Shown: positions 40,452 through 51,073 of the stretch, piece by piece
How positions within the stretch are numbered: the stretch's first letter is position 1
How the letters are laid out: each line of letters opens with the position of its first letter
From: a bacterium
GTDB lineage: Bacteria; Hinthialibacterota; Hinthialibacteria; Hinthialibacterales; Hinthialibacteraceae
Direction of reading: 5' to 3'
Assembly: GCA_016125385.1 (NCBI GenBank)
Contig: WGLV01000050.1
Coordinates: 58,454 to 122,453, forward strand
Length of the DNA: 64,000 bases
Notes under the pieces: generated by a model
Told to the model about the DNA's origin: nothing
Database searches by the model: none
What the model saw: the letters and a program-made list of their open reading frames with translations, nothing else
Translations under genes and position numbers: made by a program

Positions 40452-41930
40452 ATGTCATCCGGTTTTCATATTATCGATTACGCCGTTTTGTTCGCCTACC
40501 TGGCCGCCATGATCGGCATCGGTTTTTATTTTTCCCGCAGGGAAGACACCACGGAGCGCTTCTTTGTGGGAAACCGGAAAATCGCGTGGTGGGCGGTGGG
40601 CGTTTCGATTTTCGCGACGCAGCTCAGCGCCATCACTTACATTTCGATCCCCGGCATGGCGTTTGAAAACGACTGGGCCTGGCTGGTATTCAATCTGGGG
40701 ATTCCTGTCGTCGGCGTGTTCGTCATTACGTTTTTCCTGCCGATTTACCGCAAGAAACAATACACATCGATCTATGAAATTCTTGAAGAGCGTTTCGGCC
40801 CCGAGACACGCGCCTATGGCGCTCTGGCGTACATACTCATGCAGGTCGGCCGGGTAGCGATCGTACTTTATCTGCCCGCGCTGGCGTTGGCGGAGGTCAC
40901 CGGCGCGCCGGTCTACTGGATGATCATACTGATGGGCGTACTCGCGACGGTATACACCGTCATGGGAGGAATCGAGGTCGTGATCTGGACCGACGTCGTG
41001 CAGGCGATCGTGTTGGTGGCCGGCGCCGTATTGGCGATTTTTCTGATCGGGATGAAAGTCGACGGAGGCTTCACCGGCATCATCGACATCGGCCGGGCGA
41101 ATCAGAAATTCGCCATGATCCATACTGACCCAGGCGTTTCCAAAGACCTGATCTGGTTTATTCTGATCGGGGCGTTTTTCACCAATCTGGTCCCCTACGC
41201 GTCAGACCAGACCGTGGTTCAGCGTTATTTCACGGTCGAATCAGACCGTGAAGCGCGTAATTGTCTCTGGCTCAGCGTTCTGGTTTCGGTTCCAGCATCG
41301 TTTCTATTTTTCTTTCTCGGAACCGCCTTGTACGCGTTTTACTCGACGCACCCGGGTTTGTTGCAGGATGGCATCCAATACGACCGGATTTTCCCCTACT
41401 TTATCGTTCACGAAGTACCCGCCGGCGTTTCGGGTCTGCTCATCGCCGCGATCTTCGCCGGCTCGATGTCCAGTCTCGATTCGAGCCTGAACTCAATCGC
41501 CACGGTTTGTGTGACGGACTTTTATAAACGCTTCCGCAACCCGAAAAGCAGCGACCGGCAACGCTTGCGCCTCGCCCAGATCATCACCATCGTCTCGGGC
41601 GCACTCGCGACCATCGTGGCCATTCAGGTCGCGGAAAGCCTGTTGAGCCATCCCGAACAGAAAGGCGCGTGGGATTTGTTCGTCGCGGTACAAGGTCTTC
41701 TTGGTGGAGTTCTTGCTGGCGTATTTTGCGTAGGCTTGTTTACCCGGCGCGCGAATCAGATGGGCGTCGTCTCCGGTCTGGTGATCAGCACCGCCCTGCT
41801 GGCGATCGTCAAGTATGAATTCCAGTGGCACTCCCAGACCTACGCCGCGCTCGGAATCGTTTCCGCGTTCACGATCAGTTATGTGTTCAGCATAATCACC
41901 AGCCCCGCCCGGCGGGCCGATCGATCATAA
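40452..41930 (+). CDS. Sodium:solute symporter, SiaT-like sialic acid transporter
   Basis: SIFATQLSAITYISIPG, WTDVVQ, DQTVVQRY, MSSLDSSLNS; adjacent to nanA/nanM. Confidence 0.9.
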   Translation: MSSGFHIIDYAVLFAYLAAMIGIGFYFSRREDTTERFFVGNRKIAWWAVGVSIFATQLSAITYISIPGMAFENDWAWLVFNLGIPVVGVFVITFFLPIYRKKQYTSIYEILEERFGPETRAYGALAYILMQVGRVAIVLYLPALALAEVTGAPVYWMIILMGVLATVYTVMGGIEVVIWTDVVQAIVLVAGAVLAIFLIGMKVDGGFTGIIDIGRANQKFAMIHTDPGVSKDLIWFILIGAFFTNLVPYASDQTVVQRYFTVESDREARNCLWLSVLVSVPASFLFFFLGTALYAFYSTHPGLLQDGIQYDRIFPYFIVHEVPAGVSGLLIAAIFAGSMSSLDSSLNSIATVCVTDFYKRFRNPKSSDRQRLRLAQIITIVSGALATIVAIQVAESLLSHPEQKGAWDLFVAVQGLLGGVLAGVFCVGLFTRRANQMGVVSGLVISTALLAIVKYEFQWHSQTYAALGIVSAFTISYVFSIITSPARRADRS

Positions 41931-41961
41931 TGCTTCATTGAAGCCCGGAAGGAATCAATGT

Positions 41962-42891
41962 ATGCCTGACAAACTCAACGGTCTTATCGCGGCATCGCAC
42001 ACCCCGATGCATTCCGACGGTTCTATTCATTTTGACATCATCGAAAGCCAGGTTCAGTTTTACCGCGACAACCCCATCGACGGAGCGTTTATCTGCGGCA
42101 CGACCGGTGAGGGGAAACTGTTGAGTCTGGATGAGCGGAAACAAGTCGCCGAGCGATGGCTTGAATGCAGCCGGGGTGATTTTCCTGTGGTGATTCACGT
42201 TGGCGATGACTGCCTCAGCGATTGCGTCAGCCTGGCGAAACACGCGCAGGAACGCGGCGCGTTCGCGATCTCTACTCTGGCGCCGAGTTATTACCGCCCC
42301 GCCGACGTCGCGGACCTGGTTGATTATTGTCAGGCGGTGGCGAGCGCGGCCCCCAAACTGCCATTTTATTTTTACCACATTCCAACGCTCACTCACGTGC
42401 ATTTTTCCATGCTGGATTTTCTTATGCTGGCCGAGAAGCAAATTCCCACTCTGGCGGGAATCAAATACACGCATAACGATTTCGTCGACCTTCTGGCCTG
42501 TCAGCGATTCAATCAGGGGCGATACAACATCCTTTTTGGCCGCGATGAGTCGCTTCTCGCTGCGCTGTCGTATGGAATCGATGGAGCGGTAGGCAGCACC
42601 TACAATTACGCCGCGCCATTGTACAAAGCGCTCATTCAGGCGTTTCAGGACGGCAAACTGGACGAAGCGCGCGATCTGCAGGCCGCTTCAATTGAACTGA
42701 TTCGCGTCATCACCCGCTATAACGAAATCGCCGCGGGCAAAGCGATCATGACGCATCTCGGCGTTGATTGCGGCTCCGTGCGCGCTCCCCTGAAACCGCT
42801 TCGGGAAAATGAACGCGCCTGCATTGACAGCGCGCTTCAACAAAATCGATTTGAACCCTTTTTATGCAAACAGGGTTGCCATTCCAACTAA
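41962..42891 (+). CDS. nanA: N-acetylneuraminate lyase
   Basis: GTTGE, YFYHIP, GIKYT catalytic Lys, GRDE, GSTYN. Confidence 0.88.
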   Translation: MPDKLNGLIAASHTPMHSDGSIHFDIIESQVQFYRDNPIDGAFICGTTGEGKLLSLDERKQVAERWLECSRGDFPVVIHVGDDCLSDCVSLAKHAQERGAFAISTLAPSYYRPADVADLVDYCQAVASAAPKLPFYFYHIPTLTHVHFSMLDFLMLAEKQIPTLAGIKYTHNDFVDLLACQRFNQGRYNILFGRDESLLAALSYGIDGAVGSTYNYAAPLYKALIQAFQDGKLDEARDLQAASIELIRVITRYNEIAAGKAIMTHLGVDCGSVRAPLKPLRENERACIDSALQQNRFEPFLCKQGCHSN

Positions 42892-42902
42892 GGGATCGAC
42901 TG

Positions 42903-43961
42903 ATGCGTATTACACGAACCGTTTTTACTCTATGCGCCCTCTGCCTGGTTCCCGCCTTCGGAATCACAGACGAGACGCATATTGAATGGAAACAACTCCC
43001 GAAACGCCCCATCGCGGTTGGCGGTCAATTCGCCGGAATCAGCAACGGCGCGTTACTGGCGGCGGGCGGCGGGGCGTTCCCTACTCCATTGTTTGAAGGG
43101 GGAAAAAAGGTCTGGGTCGACTCGATTTTCGTGCTCGAACCCGATGCGTCTGAGTGGAAACCCGCTGGAGCGTTGTCCCGACCATTAGCTTACGGAGCCT
43201 CAGTGAGCGATCAAAAAGGACTGATTCTGATCGGCGGCGGCGATGCGGAAACGCATTACACGAGCGTGACTCGCCTAATCTGGAAAGACGGAACGATTGA
43301 ACATCAATCTCTGCCGGATCTGCCTCAACCGTGCGCGTTTCAGGCGGCGGCGCTCATCGGTTCCACTCTGTATGTCGCTGGCGGACAATCAAGCCCCAAA
43401 ACTTCGGAAGCGCTTCATACTTTCTGGCGCCTCGATCTGAAACAACCTCAGGAAGGCTGGCGCTCGCTGGAGGCATGGCCGGGTCCGGGCCGTATTCTGC
43501 CTGTGGCAGGGACATCAGGGAACGATTTTTATCTGTTCAGTGGTTGTGAACTGTATAGCGATCAGAATGGAGAGACGAAACGGCGCTATCTGACTGACGC
43601 ATACCGATATCGACCAGGCAACGGCTGGGAGCGATTGCCCGATCTCCCCCGCCCCGCTACCGGGGCGCCGACTCCCGCATTAACAGCGAATGACCAGATC
43701 ATGATCTTCAGCGGCGACAGCGGCGAATACGCGGATCGCGTATGGGAACTGAAAGACAAACACCCCGGATTCGATCGGGATATCATCTCGTTCGACTTGA
43801 AAACAAATCAATGGCGGCGCGCAGGCGGCGTGCCGTTCAGTCTTGCGACAACCCCTTCCGTTCAATGGCGCGGTTGTTACATCATCCCTGGTGGAGAGGA
43901 TCGTCCGGGACACCGAACCCCTGTCGTTTACAGCGGGAAAATATCACCGGAGCATCCATAA
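42903..43961 (+). CDS. nanM: Kelch-repeat N-acetylneuraminate mutarotase-like protein
   Basis: Kelch GG repeats, PLAYGAS, WPGPGR, GGEDRPGHRTP; signal peptide; nan context. Confidence 0.8.
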   Translation: MRITRTVFTLCALCLVPAFGITDETHIEWKQLPKRPIAVGGQFAGISNGALLAAGGGAFPTPLFEGGKKVWVDSIFVLEPDASEWKPAGALSRPLAYGASVSDQKGLILIGGGDAETHYTSVTRLIWKDGTIEHQSLPDLPQPCAFQAAALIGSTLYVAGGQSSPKTSEALHTFWRLDLKQPQEGWRSLEAWPGPGRILPVAGTSGNDFYLFSGCELYSDQNGETKRRYLTDAYRYRPGNGWERLPDLPRPATGAPTPALTANDQIMIFSGDSGEYADRVWELKDKHPGFDRDIISFDLKTNQWRRAGGVPFSLATTPSVQWRGCYIIPGGEDRPGHRTPVVYSGKISPEHP

Positions 43962-44455
43962 GGTTTAACTCTTTCAGCGATGTTTTACCTCGCGCCATCG
44001 CGATCTAAAAGAAGTATCTTTTATAAATTGACAACAGGTTTTTTCCTCCAATCGGAATGGTGTTATCAGCAAAAACCATTAGATTCATCATCATCTACAA
44101 AATATAAAATCATTGGTCATTCAATAAATCAAAAGCAATTCAGATGATTTGTTTTAGATTACAGTAATTTCCTCAGTTACAAATCCCACATGTAAAAGAT
44201 GAACGGCAATCAATCATAAGAACATAATATATCACTTAATTTCAAAATACTCTCCTCTCCCATAAAGTCAAATATTTCAGAATGATGCTTCATCGGCTCT
44301 CAAGAATAAAAACCACCCTTTCATTATCAGACCAATCAGAGATTATATCTTGGACTTAAATTTGCAGTACACATGGCATGACTTTCAAGTACTCAACGAG
44401 CCGGAATCGGAGAATTCACAAACTCCACACCATGAGATTACAGGGAGTAAATATC

Positions 44456-46141
44456 ATGAAGTTAACTATTGGAGGAAAGATGGCGCTTGGCTTTGGCGTG
44501 GTCATCGGTTTAACGGTGGCGTTATCCGCCTTTACGTATTACAGCCTGAACAGACTCGCTCAATTGGAACACCTGACGGCGGAGCGTTCGAACGAAGCGT
44601 CTCTTGCCATGGAAGCCAGCGGGATGGGGCCGGAACTCTATCAGATCATCGCCGACGCGATTATCAATCGCGATTTGGACGAAACAGCGACGAGCTGGAA
44701 TGAGGTGAAAACCGAGGCGCTGGACGATCTGAAAAACCTTGCCAGCGTTGCGGATACTCCGGAAGAAATCAATCTCGTTCAAAAAGGGGATACCGCATTG
44801 AAAAACGTGATCTCAACGTTTGAAACTCAATTTCTCCCTATTCTTCAATCGACGGAAGGCATAAATAAGCAAATAACCGATATGGATGACGTCATCGACG
44901 AGTATGTCAACGACATTCATACCCCGCTGCTGACGGTCTCCCAAATGTTTGAAAAAGCCAGCGAAGACGCGGAAGAGCTATTTGCTGAGGTCCGTCAATC
45001 CACGCTTTTCACGATCGCCGTTTTCAGCGTTGTCGTCATTCTGGCGTCATTACTCATCGCTTGGAGAATCACGCTGATGATCGTACGTCCCATTAAAGAG
45101 ATTGCTCACGCTACGGAACGCATTGCGGAGGGCGACCTGACGACGGAAATCAACATTGATTCCAGCGACGAAATCGGCCAGATGGCCGCTCAATTCTCCA
45201 GCATGGTCGCTAACCTGCGTAAAGTAATCGCCGGAATCCAGGAATCATCGCAACAACTTGCCTCCAGCAGCGAAGAGTTATCATCAGCCGCTCAGAATCT
45301 CTCCAACGCCGCCACCGAGCAGGCGTCCAGTCTCGAAGAAACCAGCGCTTCCATTGAAGAACTGACCAGTTCCATCGATCAGAACGCGGAAAACTCGAGC
45401 CAGGCGAATTCCGTTACCTCAAGCGCCGTCGGTGAAGCCGATCGGGGCGGACAAGCCGTCATGGAAACGGTCGTCGCCATGAAAAAGATCGCCGAGCAGA
45501 TCGGCATCATCAATGACATCGCCGATCAGACCAATCTGCTGGCGCTTAACGCCGCGATCGAAGCGGCTCGCGCCGGCGAAATGGGTAAGGGATTCGCTGT
45601 GGTGGCGGTTGAGGTCAGAAAACTGGCGGAAAGAAGTCAACATGCCGCGAAAGAGATTAATGAACTGGCGGTCAGCAGCGTAAAAAAGGCGGAAGACGCG
45701 GGCGGAATGATTCAACGCGTGGTTCCCGCCATTCAGGAAGCCTCGCGCCTGGTTCAGGAGATCGCGGCCGCGTCAGAAGAACAGGCGGGCGGGTCTGAAC
45801 AGATTCGAACGGCGCTGGGACAACTCGATCAGGTCACTCAGCAGAACTCGAGCTCATCCGAAGAAATCTCATCATCCAGTGAAGAACTGGCTGAACAGGC
45901 CCAGATGCTTCAGGAGATGATCGCGCAATTCAAAATCTCCAATCAGCCTGATAATAAACGGTTCCAATCCAAAACAGCGTCTCCGGCGCGCGGCGGGTAT
46001 ACAACCAACGCCAGTTTCAAAACCGGATCATCAACGGATACCCACGCGTCCAGGTTGAGACCGTATCTCGACGAGGATGACCACTCCGTCAAGCGATTCG
46101 AAGTAACCCAGAACGGGCGCGATGAATTTGAGGAGTTTTAA
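44456..46141 (+). CDS. Methyl-accepting chemotaxis protein
   Basis: Two TMs, 4-helix-bundle-like sensor, [43 protein letters not shown]-terminal pentapeptide EFEEF. Confidence 0.97.
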   Translation: MKLTIGGKMALGFGVVIGLTVALSAFTYYSLNRLAQLEHLTAERSNEASLAMEASGMGPELYQIIADAIINRDLDETATSWNEVKTEALDDLKNLASVADTPEEINLVQKGDTALKNVISTFETQFLPILQSTEGINKQITDMDDVIDEYVNDIHTPLLTVSQMFEKASEDAEELFAEVRQSTLFTIAVFSVVVILASLLIAWRITLMIVRPIKEIAHATERIAEGDLTTEINIDSSDEIGQMAAQFSSMVANLRKVIAGIQESSQQLASSSEELSSAAQNLSNAATEQASSLEETSASIEELTSSIDQNAENSSQANSVTSSAVGEADRGGQAVMETVVAMKKIAEQIGIINDIADQTNLLALNAAIEAARAGEMGKGFAVVAVEVRKLAERSQHAAKEINELAVSSVKKAEDAGGMIQRVVPAIQEASRLVQEIAAASEEQAGGSEQIRTALGQLDQVTQQNSSSSEEISSSSEELAEQAQMLQEMIAQFKISNQPDNKRFQSKTASPARGGYTTNASFKTGSSTDTHASRLRPYLDEDDHSVKRFEVTQNGRDEFEEF

Positions 46142-46190
46142 TACAAGAAGTCAGTATTCTCAAAAATGAAGTGTTTGATGAATGCGCATC

Positions 46191-46224
46191 ATCCCGTGAA
46201 TTGAGTACAATTCACGGGATTTTT
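46191..46224 (+). terminator. Intrinsic terminator
   Basis: ATCCCGTGAATTG-AGTA-CAATTCACGGGAT followed by TTTT. Confidence 0.75.
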
Positions 46225-46396
46225 GTTTATAAAAAGCATTTTTGATGACCAACCTGATCGATCGATTCAGTGATTATTTTTTGGTGATTTATTTTTTACC
46301 ATACTACTGCTTATCGATTTACATTGATTCGCTCCCGCCTTACTGTTAACTTACATACAAACATATGCTCACATCCACATGCCAAGGTTATCCATC

Positions 46397-46984
46397 ATGA
46401 ACAGGCGCATCAAAACCGGTTTTACGTTGATTGAACTCCTCATTGTGGTCGCGATAATCGGCATCCTCGCCGCCATCGCCGTGCCGAATTTTCTCAACGC
46501 TCAGATCAAGGCGAAAATCGCCCGCGTCCATGCGGACGTTCGTGGCCTGTCTACCGCGATCGAGATGTATTCACTCGACCATAATTCCTACCCGTGGTTC
46601 AATGGGTATGGGTACCCCGCGCAATACAATGCGATTTCATACAGGTTAATTCCGCTGACCACTCCGGTCTCGTATTGCGACCTGAGCGTTTGCGATCCAT
46701 TTCTGGAGTTGCAGGGAGCAGAGGGATACGAAGACGAGATGTTGCGCGAATCGTACAATTACCGGAATTATCAATGTTTTTCGGAAGCCTATCACTGGAA
46801 CGTCTACGCTTTGAACAGCCTCGGGCCCGACCGCATCGCGAACAAAGGGCTTCAGGTTGAGCCGTGGGCGCGAGGGATGGTCGCGCCGGAAACGGTGACG
46901 ATCTATCAGTCGAGTAATGGATTGATCAGCGCTGGAGACATGCCTCATACCGGCGGAGACACGCGCTACCGGAATCCAGATTAA
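46397..46984 (+). CDS. Prepilin-type N-terminal cleavage/methylation domain protein (paralogue 3)
   Basis: TG/FTLIELLIVVAIIGILAAIAVPNFLNAQIKAK. Confidence 0.93.
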   Translation: MNRRIKTGFTLIELLIVVAIIGILAAIAVPNFLNAQIKAKIARVHADVRGLSTAIEMYSLDHNSYPWFNGYGYPAQYNAISYRLIPLTTPVSYCDLSVCDPFLELQGAEGYEDEMLRESYNYRNYQCFSEAYHWNVYALNSLGPDRIANKGLQVEPWARGMVAPETVTIYQSSNGLISAGDMPHTGGDTRYRNPD

Positions 46985-47051
46985 CACGCCTCACGTCTCA
47001 AACGTGCTACGATACCTTCCTGTTCATTCGACGCGACAGGGAGGGAACGCC

Positions 47052-47921
47052 ATGAAGATCAATCGCCGCCGCTTTTGTTTGTATTCAACCGCTCTATTGA
47101 GCCTGCCCACCCGCTGGGCCGGCGCGGCGGCGTCCTGCCGCATTGGAATCGTCACTGACCCGCATTACGCCGACGTCGATACGCGAGGGACGCGGCACTA
47201 CCGCGATTCGCTGGAGAAAATGATCGAATGCGTCGATGAACTGAACGCGCAAGGAGCTGAGTTTCTCGTTGAGATCGGCGACCTGAAAGATCAGGACGAC
47301 AAACCCGATGAAAAAGCGACGCTGGCATACCTGACACGGATCGAAACCATGCTGGCGAAATTCCAGGGCCCCCGCTATCACGTGCTGGGCAACCACGACA
47401 TGGACAGCCTATCGAAAGAGCAGTTCATGAGCCGAATTGAAAACTCGGGAATCGAAGGCGCGCGAACCTATTATTCATTCGATCGGAACGGAATGCATTT
47501 CATCATTCTCGACGCAACGTTCAACGGCGATGGAACGCCCTACGATCGCGGAAATTTTAAATGGACTGACGCGAATATTCCGACGGAAGAATTAAACTGG
47601 CTGCGCGAGGATCTCCAGTCATCCGACTCGCCCGCAATCGTATTCGTCCATCAATTGCTTGACGGTGAGGGCGACGTCTATATCAATAACGCTGCGGAGG
47701 TTCGGGAGATTCTGGAAGAATCGGGTAAAACGCTGGCCGTCTTTCAGGGCCACCATCATCCCGGCCAGTACAACCGGATCAACGGGATTCATTACTACAC
47801 GCTGAAGGGCATGGTCGAAGGCGCCGGGCGGGAAAACAATTCCTTCGCCATTGTTGAAATCAATCCGGACAAGATCATCGTGAAGGGGTACAAACGCGCC
47901 GTCTCCGCTGAATGGGCCTAG
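47052..47921 (+). CDS. Calcineurin-like metallophosphoesterase, probable Tat substrate
   Basis: NRRRF signal; DxH (TDPHY), GDL, GNHD, GHHH motifs. Confidence 0.9.
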   Translation: MKINRRRFCLYSTALLSLPTRWAGAAASCRIGIVTDPHYADVDTRGTRHYRDSLEKMIECVDELNAQGAEFLVEIGDLKDQDDKPDEKATLAYLTRIETMLAKFQGPRYHVLGNHDMDSLSKEQFMSRIENSGIEGARTYYSFDRNGMHFIILDATFNGDGTPYDRGNFKWTDANIPTEELNWLREDLQSSDSPAIVFVHQLLDGEGDVYINNAAEVREILEESGKTLAVFQGHHHPGQYNRINGIHYYTLKGMVEGAGRENNSFAIVEINPDKIIVKGYKRAVSAEWA

Positions 47922-47952
47922 TTCGTTTCTCCCGTTTGCTTCAAAACATGCA

Positions 47953-47979
47953 AGCCGCGAGGTTATCTCGCGGCTTTTT
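47953..47979 (+). terminator. Intrinsic terminator
   Basis: AAGCCGCGAG-GTTAT-CTCGCGGCTTTTT. Confidence 0.7.
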
Positions 47980-48046
47980 CATGATTCCATCCTGTGAAAC
48001 AATGGTAAAAATCAGGCTTATTCAATTAAATTCGACAGGAGCCGTC

Positions 48047-49900
48047 ATGCACATTCTTCGTTTTGATTTCATTTTCGCCATAGCCATCGGATTCGCGTTT
48101 TCACAATCCGTCCATTCGGATGAACTCTCATCGCCCGACGGGAATGTGACATTCGAAATCACCTTGGGCGACCAGAATCAGGCGGCCTTTTCTCTTCAAT
48201 ACCATAACCAGACAATTCTTCGCGATTCAAGATTGGGGTTTGAGCTGAGTGACGGCTCCAACCTCGTCGATCATCTGACGATGACCGCAGGACCTGTTTC
48301 AGAAATCAACGAGCCGTGGCGGCCCGTTTATGGGGAGCGTGATATGATCCCCAATCACTACCGTCAGGCGCGATTCGACTTCGCCGGGATGCAGGCGCCC
48401 GGCCGCCGTTTTTCTCTGGAGGTCCGCGTCTACAACGAAGGCGCGGCGTTTCGATACACCATCCCGGAACAGGAGGGGATGGACGAATTCGCGTGTAAAA
48501 ACGAACTGACGGAATTCAGATTTCAGGATGATTTTTTCGCCTATGAAGAACACGGAACCGAAGGCGATTACCGGCGTGTTCCCATCACTTCGATCGAGCC
48601 AAAATGCGAGACGCCGCTGACGATTGAACTCGGAAGCAATGACGTAAATAACCGGCGCGTGGCCTGCATCATGGAAGCCCACGTCGAAGATTACCCGCGC
48701 ATGTGGCTGTCGCGAGGATCATCGGAAGGTCCGAGCCTGAAAGCGCAACTGGGTGGTCCAGTGAATCGTAAAACGCCGTTCGCAACGCCCTGGCGGTTTA
48801 TTCTACTCGGAGAACGCCCCGGCGATCTGGCCGAGCGCAGTTACATGATGCACAATCTCAATCCCCCCAACCGCATCGAAGACCCGTCATGGATTCACCC
48901 CGGCAAAGCGATCCGCTGTACCCGGCTCGACACCGGAAATGGCAAAGCATACATCGATTTCGCCGCTGAACATCAGTTGCAATACGTGCATTTCGACGCG
49001 GGCTGGTACGGCCCGGAGCGCGACGAGGCCTCCGACCCGCGAACGCCGATCGCGGGATTCGACATCCAGACGCTGCTTCAATACGCCGCGTCGAAAAACA
49101 TCAGCGTCAGCGTGTACGTCAACCGCATCGCATTACACAAGTATCTGGATGAGATTCTTCCGTTGTATGAAGAATGGGGTATTAAAGCGATCAAGTTTGG
49201 ATTCGTCGCCGTGGGCAAGCAGGAAGAAATGAAATGGATTTACGACGCCGTCGCCAAAGCGGCGGCGCATCATATCGTCATCGACATACATGACTCATAC
49301 CGTCCCACCGGGCAGAGCCGGACGTATCCGAACCTGCTTACGCAGGAAGGCATCCAGGGCAACGAACACATGCCGAAGCCCGAACACAACGTCACCCTGC
49401 CTTTCACCCGCTTTCCCGCCGGGGCAGGCGATTATACGGTGTGTTACTATAACAACCGCATCCGGACGACGCACGCCCATCAACTGGCGGCTTCGGTGGT
49501 GTTTTACAGCCCGATGCAGTTCCTTTTCTGGTACGATCATCCCAGCCAATCGCATGGCGAACCCGAGTTGAAATTTTTCGACGACCTCAAGACGACGTGG
49601 GATGAAACGCACGTCATTGATGACCGGATCGGCGATTATGTCTCTATCGCGCGGCGGAACGGAGATGAGTGGTTTATCGGCGGCATGACGGATGAGAACG
49701 CCCGCGCGTTGACGATTCCTTTAAGCTTTCTGAAACCAGGCTCGCGCTACCGGGCGGAAATTTACCGTGACGACCTGTCGCCAGACGCCAGCGGCACGAA
49801 GGTCGCGATCGAACGTAGAGACATCACCAGCGAGGACGTCATCCAGGCGGACCTCGCCTCGAGCGGCGGTGTCGCGATTCATCTCACGCCGATTCAATAG
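48047..49900 (+). CDS. Glycoside hydrolase family 97
   Basis: SPDG, YNEGAAFRY, TPWR, DPSWIHPGK, FDAGWYG, RTYPNLLTQEGIQGNE, LPFTR...DYT. Confidence 0.93.
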   Translation: MHILRFDFIFAIAIGFAFSQSVHSDELSSPDGNVTFEITLGDQNQAAFSLQYHNQTILRDSRLGFELSDGSNLVDHLTMTAGPVSEINEPWRPVYGERDMIPNHYRQARFDFAGMQAPGRRFSLEVRVYNEGAAFRYTIPEQEGMDEFACKNELTEFRFQDDFFAYEEHGTEGDYRRVPITSIEPKCETPLTIELGSNDVNNRRVACIMEAHVEDYPRMWLSRGSSEGPSLKAQLGGPVNRKTPFATPWRFILLGERPGDLAERSYMMHNLNPPNRIEDPSWIHPGKAIRCTRLDTGNGKAYIDFAAEHQLQYVHFDAGWYGPERDEASDPRTPIAGFDIQTLLQYAASKNISVSVYVNRIALHKYLDEILPLYEEWGIKAIKFGFVAVGKQEEMKWIYDAVAKAAAHHIVIDIHDSYRPTGQSRTYPNLLTQEGIQGNEHMPKPEHNVTLPFTRFPAGAGDYTVCYYNNRIRTTHAHQLAASVVFYSPMQFLFWYDHPSQSHGEPELKFFDDLKTTWDETHVIDDRIGDYVSIARRNGDEWFIGGMTDENARALTIPLSFLKPGSRYRAEIYRDDLSPDASGTKVAIERRDITSEDVIQADLASSGGVAIHLTPIQ

Positions 49901-49986
49901 AAAATGTCGTTATGGTGTGATTCAATCATGTCAGCGAGATCACCTTGAATTGGCTCCGGACACTCATTGAAACAGGGGATTATGCA

Positions 49987-51018
49987 ATGAAAACATTTTC
50001 CGCGATATCGCTATTCACGGTGCTGCTATTTACTGTGTTTATTCCCGCTCATGCCGCGCGTATGGGCGAGAACGCCATTCTAATGGAAGAGATGATTTTC
50101 GAGAACGCGCCGTTTCCATCGTGTCACGCCTCCTCCATCGTTGAAGTCGAGCCGCGCGTATATCTGGCGGCGTGGTTCGGCGGCAAAGGCGAAGGCGACC
50201 CCAGCGTGGGCATCTGGATGGCGCGGCGCGATGAAAACGGTTGGAGCGGCGTCCGCGAAGTCGCCTCGCATTCCGGCGTACCCTGCTGGAACCCGGTTCT
50301 TTTCCAAACGCCGGACGGTGAAACGCTGCTGTTCTATAAGGCGGGGCCGAATCCCCGTGAATGGTCGGGATTGTTGAAACGCTCACACGACGGCGGTATG
50401 ACGTGGTCCGATGATGAACTGCTGCCGGCGGGCGTATTGGGACCGATTCGCGCCAAGCCGATACTGCTACATGACGGGACGCTGTTGTGCCCATCGTCGG
50501 TCGAGAGCTGGCAGACTTGGGCGTGCTGGATGGAGATGACGAAGGATTTCGGCAAGACGTGGGAAAAGCATGGCCCGATCTTCGTTCCCGATCAACTCAA
50601 CGGGATCATTCAACCAACCGTGTTCGTGGCGGATGACGGCTCGTTGAAGATGTTTTGCCGATCGAGAGGCATCGGTCATATTTGCGCATCGTCTTCAACC
50701 GATGGAGGCAAGACATGGGCGCCGGCTCATCCCATTGAATTGCCCAACCCAAGCGCGGGCATTGATTGCGTCAAAATGAGCGACGGGCGCGCGGTGATGA
50801 TTTATAACCACACGACCCGGGGCCGCCATAACCTGAGCCTCGCGGTATCCAGCGACGATGGAAACACGTGGAAGCAATGTGTGGTGCTGGAAGACCAACC
50901 CGGCGAGTATTCGTATCCCGCGATGATCCAGGGAAGCGACGGCAAGCTGCACGCGACGTATACCTACCGGCGCGAGCGGATCAAACACGTTGTCGTCGAC
51001 CCACGCTCGATTCAATAG
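49987..51018 (+). CDS. BNR/Asp-box sialidase-fold protein
   Basis: CHASSI, WFGG, WNPVL, Asp boxes SHDGGMTW, STDGGKTW, SDDGNTW; EYSYP. Confidence 0.85.
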   Translation: MKTFSAISLFTVLLFTVFIPAHAARMGENAILMEEMIFENAPFPSCHASSIVEVEPRVYLAAWFGGKGEGDPSVGIWMARRDENGWSGVREVASHSGVPCWNPVLFQTPDGETLLFYKAGPNPREWSGLLKRSHDGGMTWSDDELLPAGVLGPIRAKPILLHDGTLLCPSSVESWQTWACWMEMTKDFGKTWEKHGPIFVPDQLNGIIQPTVFVADDGSLKMFCRSRGIGHICASSSTDGGKTWAPAHPIELPNPSAGIDCVKMSDGRAVMIYNHTTRGRHNLSLAVSSDDGNTWKQCVVLEDQPGEYSYPAMIQGSDGKLHATYTYRRERIKHVVVDPRSIQ

Positions 51019-51073
51019 ACGCCAAACTCTTGTTCAGGTTGAACGAACCGAAAATTGAGTTTTTTCATTCAAG

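Noticed and set aside
43962-44455. About 490-bp AT-rich region upstream of the MCP gene
   Set aside because: No recognisable riboswitch, sigma-28 motif, repeat array or convincing ORF found by eye.
11993-46984. Pilin variability as a DGR or shufflon product
   Set aside because: No reverse transcriptase, template repeat, recombinase or inversion sites seen; shared N-termini differ at synonymous positions, consistent with old paralogy.
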